Assembly: GCF_006345805.1 (NCBI RefSeq)
Contig: NC_043008.1
Location: 60,326,001 to 60,390,000, forward strand
DNA: 64,000 nucleotides
Origin: Octopus sinensis
Taxonomy: Eukaryota
Direction of reading: 5' to 3'
Shown here: positions 40,831 to 52,988 of the stretch, piece by piece
Layout of the letters: each line of letters begins with the position of its first letter
How positions within the stretch are numbered: the first letter of the stretch is position 1
Position numbers and translations under genes: made by a program
Notes under the pieces: generated by a model
What the model saw: the letters and a program-made list of their open reading frames with translations, nothing else
Told to the model about the DNA's origin: nothing
Database searches by the model: none

Positions 40831-41465
40831 GTCTATGTATGTGTTAAATTCAATAGGTTTCGACGACTCCATTAACCCACTTATACATATCGACTTTTTT
40901 TTTATTTGTTATCATTGTTATTATTGTCGCCAGCTATCTTTATTAATATTAACTGATGTGGTTGTTATTATTGTTGTTGCTGCAGTCGTTAACGTAGTCG
41001 TTTTTATTGTTGTTGTTGCTGCTGCTGTCGTTGTTCTCTTGACCCAAACACAATACACGCGCTCCCAGTACCAATCGGAACTTGTCAGAGAGTCAAACTC
41101 GTTAAAGTCATCTCGGACGTAGATCTTCTCCTCCATATTGTTGCTATTTAGCTTTTGACTAATTTTGATTAAACAATGCAATGATGAAAAGCTTTCCGGC
41201 CATGACCATTCCAACTTTTTTGCTTCTCACATGCTACATTGCTTAATGTGTTATTCATAATTTAACACCCTCGGGTGTAATTTTAGAACCGTAATTCCCT
41301 GTATCAACACAGAAGCAAGCGTTAGCGTTGTAATTGTATTTGTGACTATTATGATTATTACCTCTGTTGTTATTATATTGTGTTTACTGTGGTGGTTGTT
41401 CAGTATGTTGTTCTGTTCTATACGTCCTCTTCCCCATCATTATCATTATCATATTATTATTATTA

Positions 41466-41507
<42 letters not shown>

Positions 41508-41508
<1 letters not shown>

Positions 41509-41697
41509 GGCGAGCTGGCTGAATCGTCACACACCGGGCGAAAGGAATTGCGGTAATTCGTCTGCTGCTACGTTCTGTGTTCAAATTCCGCCGAGGTTGA
41601 CTTTGCTTTTCGGGTTCGATAATATGAGTATCGATAAAGCCTTATGCTTATTGTAGAAAGGATTATTATTATTATAATCATCATCATTATCATTATC

Positions 41698-41756
<59 letters not shown>

Positions 41757-41960
41757 GGCGGCGATCTGGCAGACTCGTCACACACCGGGCGAAATGATTA
41801 GCAGTAATTCGTATGCCGCTACGCTCTTAGTTCAAATACCGCCGAGGTTGACTTTGTCTTTCGGGTTCGACAAAATAATATCGTTAAAGCACTGAGGTCG
41901 ATGTAATCGATTATTCCTCTCCCCCAGAATTTCAGGCCTTGTGTCTATAATAGAAAGGAT
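41508..41960 (+). mobile_element. Two tandem SINE B2 copies separated by (ATT)n
   Basis: Copies at 41508-41660 and 41757-41960 share the variant cgtcacacaccgggcgaaa and the same core deletion; both end tagaaaggattat. Confidence 0.85.
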
Positions 41961-42010
41961 TATCATTATTACTATTATTATTATCATCATTATTATTATT
42001 ATTATATTAT

Positions 42011-42090
42011 GTTTGACTTTTGCTTTACATTTGTACAAGTTGGCTCAAGTCTCACCCAGAGACCCCAAGAGACAAGTTGGAAGTTCATGT
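42011..42090 (-). mobile_element. Probable R4/Dong-clade LINE 3' UTR stub in (AAT)n
   Basis: Reverse complement ggtctctgggtgagacttgagcc...aaaagtcaaac(ATA)n resembles R4-clade 3' ends (recalled, unverified). Confidence 0.4.
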
Positions 42091-42099
42091 TGTTGTTGC

Positions 42100-42142
<43 letters not shown>

Positions 42143-42330
42143 GAGTGAGAGAGCAGTTCATGCCATCAAAGTGACACTGGGGTAAAATATACGAAGCCCA
42201 ATATACCCATTATGACTACCCGTCTGATAAGGGTACACCAGGCACATGCATCACAACCATATGTGCGCGACATGGTGATCTCATGATAAAGATAAACAGC
42301 GCATGACCTTGCAGGTGGGGCCCAGTTAGA
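42143..42330 (-). mobile_element. Element E, truncated copy in an (ATT)n tract
   Basis: Reverse-complement homology to 52800-52988; flanked by ATT repeats on both sides. Confidence 0.9.
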
Positions 42331-42373
<43 letters not shown>

Positions 42374-42639
42374 ATATTTTCAATGCTATTATGTTACTGC
42401 CTTCTTTAATGTTACGTTGTGACCGTAGTGATCGTTTTCGGTTCTATTTATATTCTTACAACTGAGATATTGCTATGGCTGTTATGTTCTTCACGTTGTT
42501 TTCATTTAGCTGTTGTTTTCCCTAGTGTTATTCTCATTGCCGCTGTTTGCCGCTATTCTCATCGCTAAATCGTTCGTGATCCTTCCATTAGTTTCATTGT
42601 AGAACAAGCAAACATATCTACATAAACTTATTCATTATT

Positions 42640-42947
42640 ATGTTGCCAATGGAGAAAACCACTACCCCAACCATCTATCCCTTTATCATCCCTGCTGACA
42701 ATAGCTTAGCCTCTATCAGACCACTTAGAGTGACGTCATTAGTAAATCACTTGCTTTGACAGATATCTGATACGTTACATAAATATTTACGGGTTTCATT
42801 CTCGCTCTCTATCTCCCTTCACCTCTCTGTCTCAGTCTGTTTATCGTATACTCTCTGCTTCTCTTTTAAATTTTATTTCTTTCTATGTTCATACCTCTCT
42901 CTCGCTCGCTCGCTCTTTAATTTTCCGCCGCCATTTTCTCTCTTTAG
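42640..42947. promoter_or_regulatory. Candidate cis-regulatory cluster
   Basis: CCAAT at 42646, palindromic CRE TGACGTCA at 42731-42738, TGACAG, and YY1-like CCGCCATTTT at 42928-42937, in repeat-free sequence; motif evidence only. Confidence 0.25.
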
Positions 42948-43623
42948 CTTCTCACGGTTTACGTCTAATGCGATTTCTGGATTCGCAATTTTCAATGACA
43001 TGTTCATGTTACCGTCAATCTACCTAAAGATTGTGCTGCTGCGACTGGTGGTTATGGTCATGGTGACGATGAGGTGGCGCAAGAGCGGAGAAGATGCAGA
43101 TGGAGGACAGTGGAGTTGTTTGTTGTGGTTGATATTAGTGGTTAGTTTGTGTAACTGAAGGTTCACAAAAATAGCAGTGGTTGTAGTAAGACAATAAACA
43201 AATAGCAGAGGGAAAATCCGAAGATCCTAACCTTTTCGGTGAGTGTTATTCATCAAAAATAGAAAGAAACCTGAAGTAAGTGTAGATTGAGATGGAGCAA
43301 TACAGAGTGCATATAGAGGGTATATATAGAATGAAAGAAAAACTAAGGGTTAGTACGCAGGAACAAGTTAAGTTTTAGGAACCATAGCTGTATATTGTAC
43401 AATGCGATTATATATTTATATGTGTAAATGTTTCTCAGTGTGCAAATGTATGTATGCATGCATGTATGTGTAATCTTCTACACGAAAAATTCTGACAACC
43501 TATTGATGACGGCGATTTAGTTATCGGCCAGATGACTGAAAAGATGCCGGTGCGGGTTTCCGCCCCGACATCAGAAGCTCGGAGTTTTATCATGGCTACC
43601 GAATAATTGTCGCATATTAAATT

Positions 43624-43627
<4 letters not shown>

Positions 43628-43683
<56 letters not shown>

Positions 43684-43780
43684 ATATATTATATATATAC
43701 GTATATATATATATATGTATATATATATGTATGTATATATATATATGTATACATATACATAAAATATATTATATACATAC

Positions 43781-43833
<53 letters not shown>
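43628..43833. repeat. (TA)n microsatellite
   Basis: Direct repeat. Confidence 0.95.
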
Positions 43834-43836
<3 letters not shown>

Positions 43837-43899
43837 GAATTGTCCCTTCCACCATTTGGTCAAAACACGTCTCGAAGAAAAAAAATGACTGATGATATA

Positions 43900-43992
43900 A
43901 TTACCAGACAGATCTATTCTATTAAGAAACTTGAAGGCAATGCTCCAGCATTGCCGCAGTACAGTGACCGAAAACAAGTAAAAATTAAAAGA
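43900..43992 (+). mobile_element. SINE A tail fragment
   Basis: gaaggcaatgctccagcattgccgcagt...gaaaacaagtaaaa. Confidence 0.65.
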
Positions 43993-44219
43993 CGAATGTC
44001 TGCTATACATAGCTGCGGTAGCATCATCATCTACAGCAGCATCATCTACAGCAGTAGCAACAGCAGCAGCAACAACTGCAGCAGCTGTAGTAATAGTAGA
44101 CGCAGAAATAATCAGCAACAGGAGCACTGACGTAGTTAAACAGAGTTTATGTTTGTTGAACTTTTACCCCTTTGCAAACATTCGGACGCGTGTGTGTAAG
44201 CATATAAGTCACTCTCTTC

Positions 44220-44252
<33 letters not shown>

Positions 44253-46976
44253 ATATATATATACGTATGTAATTGTGTGAATACGTAAATATGCATACTT
44301 GTATGTGCCCCTATGAGTGAAAGTTTTTTTTTTGTATGTGTGTGTCTTAATAACATATAAAAACCAAACGATGGACACAATAGCAGTTTCAACTTGATTT
44401 ATAAAATATACTGGTGTGTATATAAAAATTCTGTGTGAAGGGTGGGAGTCGGTAATAAGATTTATTTGCTTACAGACTGGAAATTGTAAAACGATAGACT
44501 GTCGAGACTGTTTCCAACAAAGAATAAATAATAAAGCGAACTTTAAAATAAAGAAAGTCTAGATTTACAGATGGCAACCTATTTTTATGATCAAAACAAA
44601 ATCATTCTCGTCTGCTTGTCTTTCATTGGTTTGACTTAGATTTCATTTTGAAAGTCGCATGTGAATAATATTTCTTAGGCTTTGTATATAAATGTGTTCA
44701 TTTAGGTTTTGTATATAAATGTGTTCATTTTTAGATGAATAGACAGACAGATACGTATACACAGAGGTCAGACATACGAACCAGTAGATGGGCAGATAGG
44801 TATACAAAGAGATAATTATATGACCATATGAATAGGTAAATTTTATACATCGATGAAAAAACCTTGAAACATCCTTGAGAGCAGGGAAACACCGTTATAT
44901 ACATGCATACATAAGTACATAAACATACACATACATGCCCCCGTATATACGTAGAACGAGGTTTAACAGAAAGAAAATATAATAAATGAGGTGATCTAAA
45001 GAACAAATGTTTTAGAAGTAATCTAATAACAAGCGGTTTTTTTAATAAAACTTTTTATTTGCTACTTTTATGTATCAAAACCAGAGCTCATTTATTCAGG
45101 TAAACTTAATATCTTAGACCACCTCAGTTAATACAAACTCTTTGAATATACACACTCTATCATATTCCGTCTAGTGTTCACTATTAAGACACCCAATCTG
45201 AAAAACTCTGTCCATTTACGTTATAGATAGTTACAAGTAGTAGTACGATGGATTCGCTCACCAATTTCGACCTAAGTGCCTTCCAGTTCGCTCAACTGAT
45301 GGACTTAACCATTAAACTATAATATAAAGCGATACGTATTCCGTTTATATTTACAGATCTCAAACACAATTCAGGTAAATCTCTGTTTAAAACGTCGGCC
45401 GTGTTTATTCAATATGGCAATTCAAATTACTGGATTTACAAACTCCTTTCGATGTTGATACTCTAGGCACCAAGCTTTCCCCTAACCGTAGGGTATGCAA
45501 GGAGTTCTCATCCTCACAGTTCGATTAATATAGATGATACTCCTTGATATTATGACGATGTTATAAAAGACATTTGCATCAAGTACTAAAAATATCTGTT
45601 TGCTGAATTATGATAAAGAAACTGCTTCTGATCATTTGTTTAGGCCTGTGCCTGCAATGATATTATTATTGATCACTAACAGGAACAATTCTTTTCTTAC
45701 CATGCCATGAAGCCCCGCATTTTTTTCTGAAGTATAGCATATAAATGGTTAGTTTCCAGAACTTACTTGATTGAGGAATTTATTTTATTGAGCCTAGAGC
45801 CTCATATAACGAAAATCACAGAATCTCAACGAAGACCACAATTAGGCATTTCGTCCGATATACTAACGATTCTGCTAAACCAACACCTTCAAAGAATACA
45901 TTGACAGATGTTTTGTGCGTTGTGTCATTTGATGATTTAGCTTGGGTTTCGCCAGAAGGAAGTGAAACAGATGCTATATAGCAAAACCAGTAATAGAAGA
46001 CTAAATGCGAAAGAAATACATAAAGAAAGAGAGAGGCTGGCAAGATTAGGATATTAAGACTGACATACAGATAATGTGCATAATATAACAAACATTAAAT
46101 CTGGCTTCAGTCCTAGAGATAAGAAAAGTGTTAACTATGCAAACCATGTTTTTTACACTCAATGGTAATCAGGACAAATCTTTCAAGAACCCAAGGAAAA
46201 TATATAACTATCCAAAAATGTGTCTTACATTGGTGTGTATTATTAAGTATAACAGCTAATCTATTTTCCGTGGCAGCGTTGTAAATGATTATATCGTTTT
46301 GATTAAAGCATAACCCCTTATTTGTATTTCAGTGTGTATTCGCTTCTGTTTGTGTTAGCGTATGTGTACGATTAAAATAAATTTATTGTTGGTTAACATA
46401 GTATTTGACAGCGAATACATTGACAAAACGTGTATTCACATGGGAGGGGATAGACCTTTGCCTTGATACAATGGAAATCGGTGCCAAACATTCTTCATTA
46501 GAATACGTCGGCGTAATCAACCGCAACAGTACGTGACTTCCACGAAGGTAAATTCCACATTTGTATCTCTATTATACCAATACACATCGAAATTTATATT
46601 CATTTTGAATCCCCAAACATGTTCAGTTCTTGTTACGAATGTGTACTTTGAATCGACAGCGAATAGATTATATGTCGGAATCTCTTCTTGCGATATAGTT
46701 CCGAGAGTAACACTATACATCTAGTACGTTCAAACACTTTTGAAGTGATGTATTAATATATTAATGAAGAGGTCTCTCTCATTTACTTTATGATGTGTAA
46801 ATTATTCTATAAAATTTGTAATCAGCTCGTTTAGTTTCCCTTCTAACTATTAAGCTGTCAAAATACATAATAACTCCTCGACCATATTAACTTCACACAC
46901 GTGGCTTGATACTGCTATGAACATACTGAAAGTACACAGAATCAAAGAGCACAACATCTATCGACAACACTCACCC

Positions 46977-47014
<38 letters not shown>

Positions 47015-47099
47015 CCTCGCGCGCGCACGCACACACGCTCACAAACAGGTGTATAAATATAATCGTACACATTTATGGCTTGGATAATATTGCATAAAT

Positions 47100-47450
47100 G
47101 TAGCAAATATGTGCTTAGAGAAATTACCCAGAGTAGACAGTCTCGTGTATTTGAAGAACTACGACAAATAAAGCTATATCAATTATTATGCAAGATATAT
47201 TCTTGTTCCATCGAACCTGTCCTCGTTTCCAGAGCAGACAGAACAATTCTTTGGTGGAGTCTGGGGCAAACCGTTGATGCGAAGTGGAGGTAATATCATG
47301 AATAAGAATTTTTCGAAAATGTTATGCCAGAAAGGAAAAGAACATTTGAAAGAGAGAGAAGTGGGTAACTGTGGAGATATGTTTCTTCTCAGTATATATC
47401 GTCAGCAAAACTAATGTCCCAGCGCATTTCTAAGTATCTCAGCGAGGTAC
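47100..47450 (-). pseudogene. Possible decayed LINE reverse transcriptase (motifs 5-7)
   Basis: Minus strand DISFADDIY, then LSGITFSKN and FFKY in the expected order, with stops. Confidence 0.35.
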
Positions 47451-47469
47451 TTACGAGACATGCACTTAA

Positions 47470-47615
47470 TCTTTTATTTGTTTCAATCAATGGAGTGCAG
47501 CCATACTGGGAAACCGCTTTGAAGTGATTAGTCGGACAAATCAATCTTTGGTACTTATATCGGGTTCTTAATCAACCGCTAACTTACGGGGACGTAAGCA
47601 AACCATTACAGTTTG
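47470..47615 (-). mobile_element. Degenerate SINE A 3' part
   Basis: ttgtttcaatca...tgcagccatactgg...aaccgctaacttacggggacgtaa. Confidence 0.7.
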
Positions 47616-47650
47616 CCAGGTAGTATATATATATATATATTATATATATA

Positions 47651-47698
<48 letters not shown>

Positions 47699-47722
47699 GT
47701 ATATACATATAAAACGGGTAGT

Positions 47723-47756
<34 letters not shown>

Positions 47757-47973
47757 TACGACAAGATTCTTATCGTTTCCGTCTCTTTACGTTCACATTT
47801 CGAATTTCATCGAATTCAATTTTGTTTTTTTTCTTTTTATTGATCGATAAAATAAGTACAAATTGAACACAGAACGATGAAGTCGACTAGTCAGTCCTTC
47901 AGCTCATAACAGAAAGAATTATTATTATTGTCATTTGAAGTGAGAATAACCCAAGATAAAAGTCAATTGTACT

Positions 47974-48348
47974 AAGGCGGCGAGCTGGCAGAAACGTTAG
48001 CACTCCGGGCGAAATGCTTAGCGGTATTTCGTCCGCCGTTACGTTCTGAGTTCAAATTCCGCCGAGGTCGACCTTGCCTTTCGGGGTCGATAAATTAAGT
48101 ACCAGTTACGCACTGCAGTCGATATAATCGACTTAATCTTTTTGCCTATCCTTATTTGTCCTGTCTGTGTTTAGCCCCTTGTGAAATAGGTATTTCGTCT
48201 GTCTTTACGTTGTGAGTTCAAATTTCACCGAGGTCGACTTTGCCTTTCATAATTCGGGGTCGATAAATTAAGTAGCAGTTGCGTACTGGGGTCGATCTAA
48301 TCGACTGTCCCCCTCCCCAAAATCTCGAACCTTGTGCCTTAAGTAGAA
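47974..48348 (+). mobile_element. B1 plus headless B2 composite flanked by one TSD
   Basis: Junction gaaata|ggtatttcgtc at ~48188; aaaagtcaatt(g/t)tact at 47958-47973 and 48347-48362. Confidence 0.9.
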
Positions 48349-48637
48349 AAGTCAATTTTACTCAGTTTTAAACTGTGTTACGTTCCACAAGCAAACTCTA
48401 AACACTGTATGTTTCGTATAATTGTATGACTTGTGGTTTTAATTATGCATATGTCTTTACACATTTTATTCATTCAAAAGCCATCTATTATTATAGGTAT
48501 TCTTTCCATTTTCAGTTCACACTCCTGATTGCCTCTATTTCCAGGTTATACATTAATTTTTTTTCCATTTCTAGTTCAAATCCTTTATCAAATATTTGGA
48601 ATGAAACATCGATTAGGGAACACATATTTTCTGAGGT

Positions 48638-48951
48638 GTGAAAGCACATGGCTTAGTAGTTATAGGTTTTGGCCCACGATTGCAAGGTCGTCAGTTTCAT
48701 TCCTGGCGATACGTTGTGTCCTTGAGCAAGAAACTTTATTTCACGTTGCTCCAGTCTACTCAGCAGGAAAAAATGAGTAGTACTTGTATTTCAAAGAGCC
48801 AGCATTGTCACATTCTGTGTCACGCTGGGAACTACGTTAAGGATACACGTGGCTGTGGAGTGCTCAGTCACTTGAACGTTAATTTCACGAGCAGGCTGTT
48901 CCGTTGGCCGGATCAAATACACCCCACGTCGTCGTAACCGACGGAGTGCCA
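48638..48951 (+). mobile_element. SINE with head D and tail X
   Basis: gttgtgtccttgagcaag...tttcacgttgctccagtc as at 23712; tail cgtcgtaaccgacggagtgcc as at 35716. Confidence 0.85.
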
Positions 48952-49238
48952 CTTTCTGGAGTGTTATTGACAATAATGTCTAACATATTTCCTTAGATCC
49001 CCTTTGTCTGTGACGATTGCTATTATCAAAGTACGGTCGTGTTACAATTCTAGGAGACCGCTGCGAGTGTATTTACATAACATCTGCGTTTCTAAAGTTT
49101 TACAACTTGTTAGCTATAAGAATGATTTGCCTTTCACCAGTTTAGTGAATGAAGGTGTAGTTTTATTTTTAACTTTTTAAATTTCCCTCTGGCTTCCTTG
49201 TACACACAAACAAGTTTTTTTATACTTGAGTTTTAGAT

Positions 49239-49260
49239 ATTATTATTATTATCATTATTA

Positions 49261-49291
<31 letters not shown>

Positions 49292-49361
49292 CATCGTTAT
49301 TATCATTATTATTGCTATTATTCTTATTATTGTTATCAATGAAATAACAACAGCAATGATA

Positions 49362-49412
<51 letters not shown>

Positions 49413-49540
49413 TAATAATAATATTATTAATAATGATATTATTAATAATAATAATATTAATAATAATAATATTAATAATAATAATATTTATAATAATAAT
49501 ATTTATAATAATAATGATAATAATAATATGTATTATTATT
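49239..49540. repeat. (ATT)n followed by (AAT)n
   Basis: Opposed trinucleotide tracts. Confidence 0.9.
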
Positions 49541-49934
49541 AATGTTGTCATAATCGTCATTCTCACCATCAAAAACGTCATCCTTATTATTGCCATTATA
49601 CTCATATTGATCGTTATCAATATTCTAATATTTAAATAGATTGTGAATGTATTTTCATAAGGTTATTTATTATACGAAACATTTGCAATATTTCCATTGA
49701 ATATTTCATAAATACTTAAATTGGAAAAATAAATTTTATTCACACATCACAAAATGCTGGAAGCCCAGACATTTAGAAGATAATGCAAACATTGTGGAGA
49801 TATATACACATATTGCTCTGAAAATAACAGTAAATTTATTTCAAGAAATTATTCCCGAAAAATCAATATTAAATTTTATATAATGGAAATATTTATATAT
49901 TCTTGCTATTCTATTTCATCATTACTTTTCTCTC

Positions 49935-50058
49935 TCCGTATTGGAGCGCAGGCTCGAAAAGTAAAAGACTTTCTCAACTTCCTGATGGTTAAACTAATAC
50001 ACCTGTTTGTTGTTTACACACCTATCTTCGTCTTTTGTTTTTTGTAAATTCCAACTAC
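49935..50058 (+). mobile_element. Dispersed repeat G copy
   Basis: Homologous to 1262-1393. Confidence 0.75.
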
Positions 50059-50256
50059 ATATATATGAATTTCAACCACGTTTCGTGATTCGCTACCTCA
50101 ACAGCTCCTTTATAGGATCTAGTGGCTAAGGACATCATCAGGAGGAACAACGACCAGCTTTGACTCCTAGTCCACCACCATATTCGACGTGGCGGGTCCC
50201 TGCTTTTCGGAGATGTCTTCAGCTGACTAGCTGACTGGCCAGAGCCGACTAGCTGT

Positions 50257-50298
<42 letters not shown>

Positions 50299-50345
50299 TG
50301 TGTGTGTATGCATATATTCGTACATACGTACATATGCCAGACACA

Positions 50346-50870
50346 AAAATATGGCAACCCAAACTCTCCTCTTACAACAGACCAATATCCTACAGTGCAT
50401 TGTCAGTACCAGTGATGATTCTATCATTTGGGGTAGCTCACTAGACTGTACAAGAAATCCACTCCATAGACGTTAAACTCCAAGATACTGATATGAACTG
50501 GAAATCTCCACAAAAATAGCGATATCGACAGTCTCTACCTAAGAAGAGATAAAGGAGTTTGAAGCTTGAGATCAATGCAGTCACTCTTCAAATATCGTGT
50601 AGTCTCTCTTTCAGACAGCACTTGTTGAACAAAAGCTGCGAAGTAAATGCGTTAACACAGTGCTGAAAAGTGAAGTGAACAATATCGTATGTTTCGTCAG
50701 CGAGCACTTCAGGAACCACTATCTTACTGGTGACCTCTAATATCACCCAAATTAGCTGGACTAGATTACCTCAAACAAAACCTCGATGTGAAAGGCTCAG
50801 CACACCAAAAAATACCAGGCATACAAACATATAAGAACCAGAAGTATCCACTTCTGGACGAACTATGGAA
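50346..50870 (+). pseudogene. R4/Dong-clade non-LTR retrotransposon fragment (post-RT region)
   Basis: KIWQPKLSSYNRPISYSALSVPVMILSFG, QEIHSIDVK and TGNLHKNSDIDSLYLRRDKGV*SL match the HPxSDVDRLYxxRxxGGRGL motif of RLE-type LINEs. Confidence 0.75.
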
Positions 50871-51165
50871 CACATTCTCTTGGCTTCGATTAGAAGAGTT
50901 AAGTTTCAAACAACGACCAGCATAATGCAACAAAATGTTAGATGTTATTTAGAATATTTTCAAAGCTAATATATTTAATAACATGGAGAAATCTAAAACA
51001 TATATATGAAGTTAACAGTTTATGCGATGGGTAAAGATTCCACACGCAGCTCCAGAAATTTAGAACTCCAGAAATAGCTATCGAGCTAGACATATACGAC
51101 AGTATTGCAAGATCATACATAATATCTATGGAATACCACCATACAATTATAAGTAATTTATGTTT

Positions 51166-51398
51166 AAGGCGGCGAGCTGGCAGAATCGTTAGCTCGCCGG
51201 GCGAAATGCGAAGCCGTATTTCGTCTGCCGTTACGTTCTGAGTTCAAATTCCGCCGAGGTCGACTTTGCTCTTCATCCTTTCGGGGTCGATAAATAAAGT
51301 ACCAGTTACGCACTGCGGTCGATGTAATCGACTAAAACCCTTTGTCTGTCTTTGTTTGTCACCTCTATCTTTAGCCCCTTGTGGGCAATAAAAAAATA
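51166..51398 (+). mobile_element. SINE B1, full length with 16-bp TSD
   Basis: TSD taagtaatttatgttt at 51150-51165 and 51401-51416. Confidence 0.93.
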
Positions 51399-51847
51399 TA
51401 TAAGTAATTTATGTTTTAGTTTAAAAAATTCAATTTAAAGCGTATTGAGTTGAACGTTCAGGCACTATTATTTTTAGAAGTAAACAAATAATCAGATTTT
51501 CGTTTATAGATCATGAACCTACTCAATAAGATAAGTAATGAGCATATATATAAAGTTAGCGATTTTGATGTCACTGTCGTGTATCAGTTAGTAAATGAAT
51601 GTGTCTCAAAATATAGTATTAAATTTCGCCAAGAAATATTTCAGGTAGTGTTTTAATGTAGGAATAACAACATGTCCGCGGGGATTACTGGTTATATTAT
51701 AACAATCTTGGATTAAAATATAATTAAAATATAATTCATTTTATCTAGTGAAATTTAGCAAAAGTTTTTTATTTCATGCGTTTAATAATCTACTGTATGG
51801 TTTATATCGAGATAAAAGACTCATTACGATAGGGAATATAAATACCA

Positions 51848-52126
51848 AATTTGAACTCAGAACGTAGCAGCAGACGAAATACCTATTTCTTTACTACCCA
51901 CAAGGGGCTAAACACAGAGAGGACATACAAGGAGATTAAGTCGATTACATCGACCCCAGTGCGTAACTGGTACTTAATTTATCGACCCCGAAAGGATGAA
52001 AGACAAAGTCGACCTCGGCGGAATTTGAACTCAGAACGTAACGGCAGACGAAATACGGCTACGCATTTCGTCCGGCGAGCTAACGTTTCTGCCAGCTCGC
52101 CGCATTTTGCCCGGCATGCTGACGAT
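51848..52126 (-). mobile_element. SINE B1 nested in a B head fragment
   Basis: B1 at 51884-52103; host pieces at 51848-51883 and 52102-52126; junction gaaatacc|tatttc. Confidence 0.85.
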
Positions 52127-52382
52127 TTAGATGGAAGCTAGTTTATGAGTTACGCATAAACATCACAATTTATAAAAGTTTATGAATAGATAATTCTATA
52201 GATATTCCTTGGATGTACAAACAAATAAATGCGATTTTGAAGACAAAGGAACCCATCAACACAATAATCTAATGAAAATGTTTGCACTTATCTGTAATTC
52301 CTTCAATAAAGCAAACTCTCATCGTGATGAAGCGCTGTGTTTCAGACATTATAAGAATAAAATTGGTTAAATAATAATAATG

Positions 52383-52445
<63 letters not shown>

Positions 52446-52988
52446 GCCCTGATGCAGTACCAGGCAGTGGCTCTCGTGACTTCTGATCTTAACTGATTGG
52501 AAGTGTTATCATGTACATTGATTTGTCTTGGTATAAAAGATGGGCTACAGCAAATATTCTGCTCAGTACCACAGATTTGCTTATCAGTTGCTTGACCTTA
52601 AACAGTTGAGCATCTCCCTTAGTGGCTGACGATATGTGCATCTATGATCATGAACAGGAGTATCATAGCCATGTGTTGAGAGGGATTCTTTGGGGTTTGA
52701 ATAATTCACCGCTGGAAACATGGGTGTTTCGTTCAACATCCTTAAACAACCCTTAACCAGGGACCTTTTGAGTGGGATGGGTTACCCGACCAGAAGAAAA
52801 TTCTAACTGGGCTCCACCTGCAAGGTGATGTGCTGTTTATCTTGATATGAGATCACCATGTCGCGCACATATGGTTGTGATGTACGTACCTAGTGAACCC
52901 TTATCAGACGGGTAGTCATGATGGGTATACTGGGCTTCGTATATTTTACCCCAGTGTCATTTTGATGGCATGCCCTGTTCTCTCACTC
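52446..52988 (+). mobile_element. Element E, ~540-bp non-coding element inserted in (AAT)n
   Basis: Flanked by AAT repeats on both sides; second copy at 42143-42330; no ORF, TIR or clear tRNA head. Confidence 0.85.

Noticed and set aside
43500-43615. Hammerhead-like TTGATGA...CCGAATAATTGTC
   Set aside because: GAAA is broken and no helix I pairing was found.
44676-44730. Short direct repeats (27 bp here; 21 bp at 56680; 10 bp at 3803) as CRISPR-like arrays
   Set aside because: Two adjacent units without spacers in eukaryotic DNA; simple slippage duplications.
45270-45450. Possible Helitron/PIF1 helicase motif (LPVRS..LTIK, SQ, PC)
   Set aside because: Needs several frameshifts; too degenerate to support.
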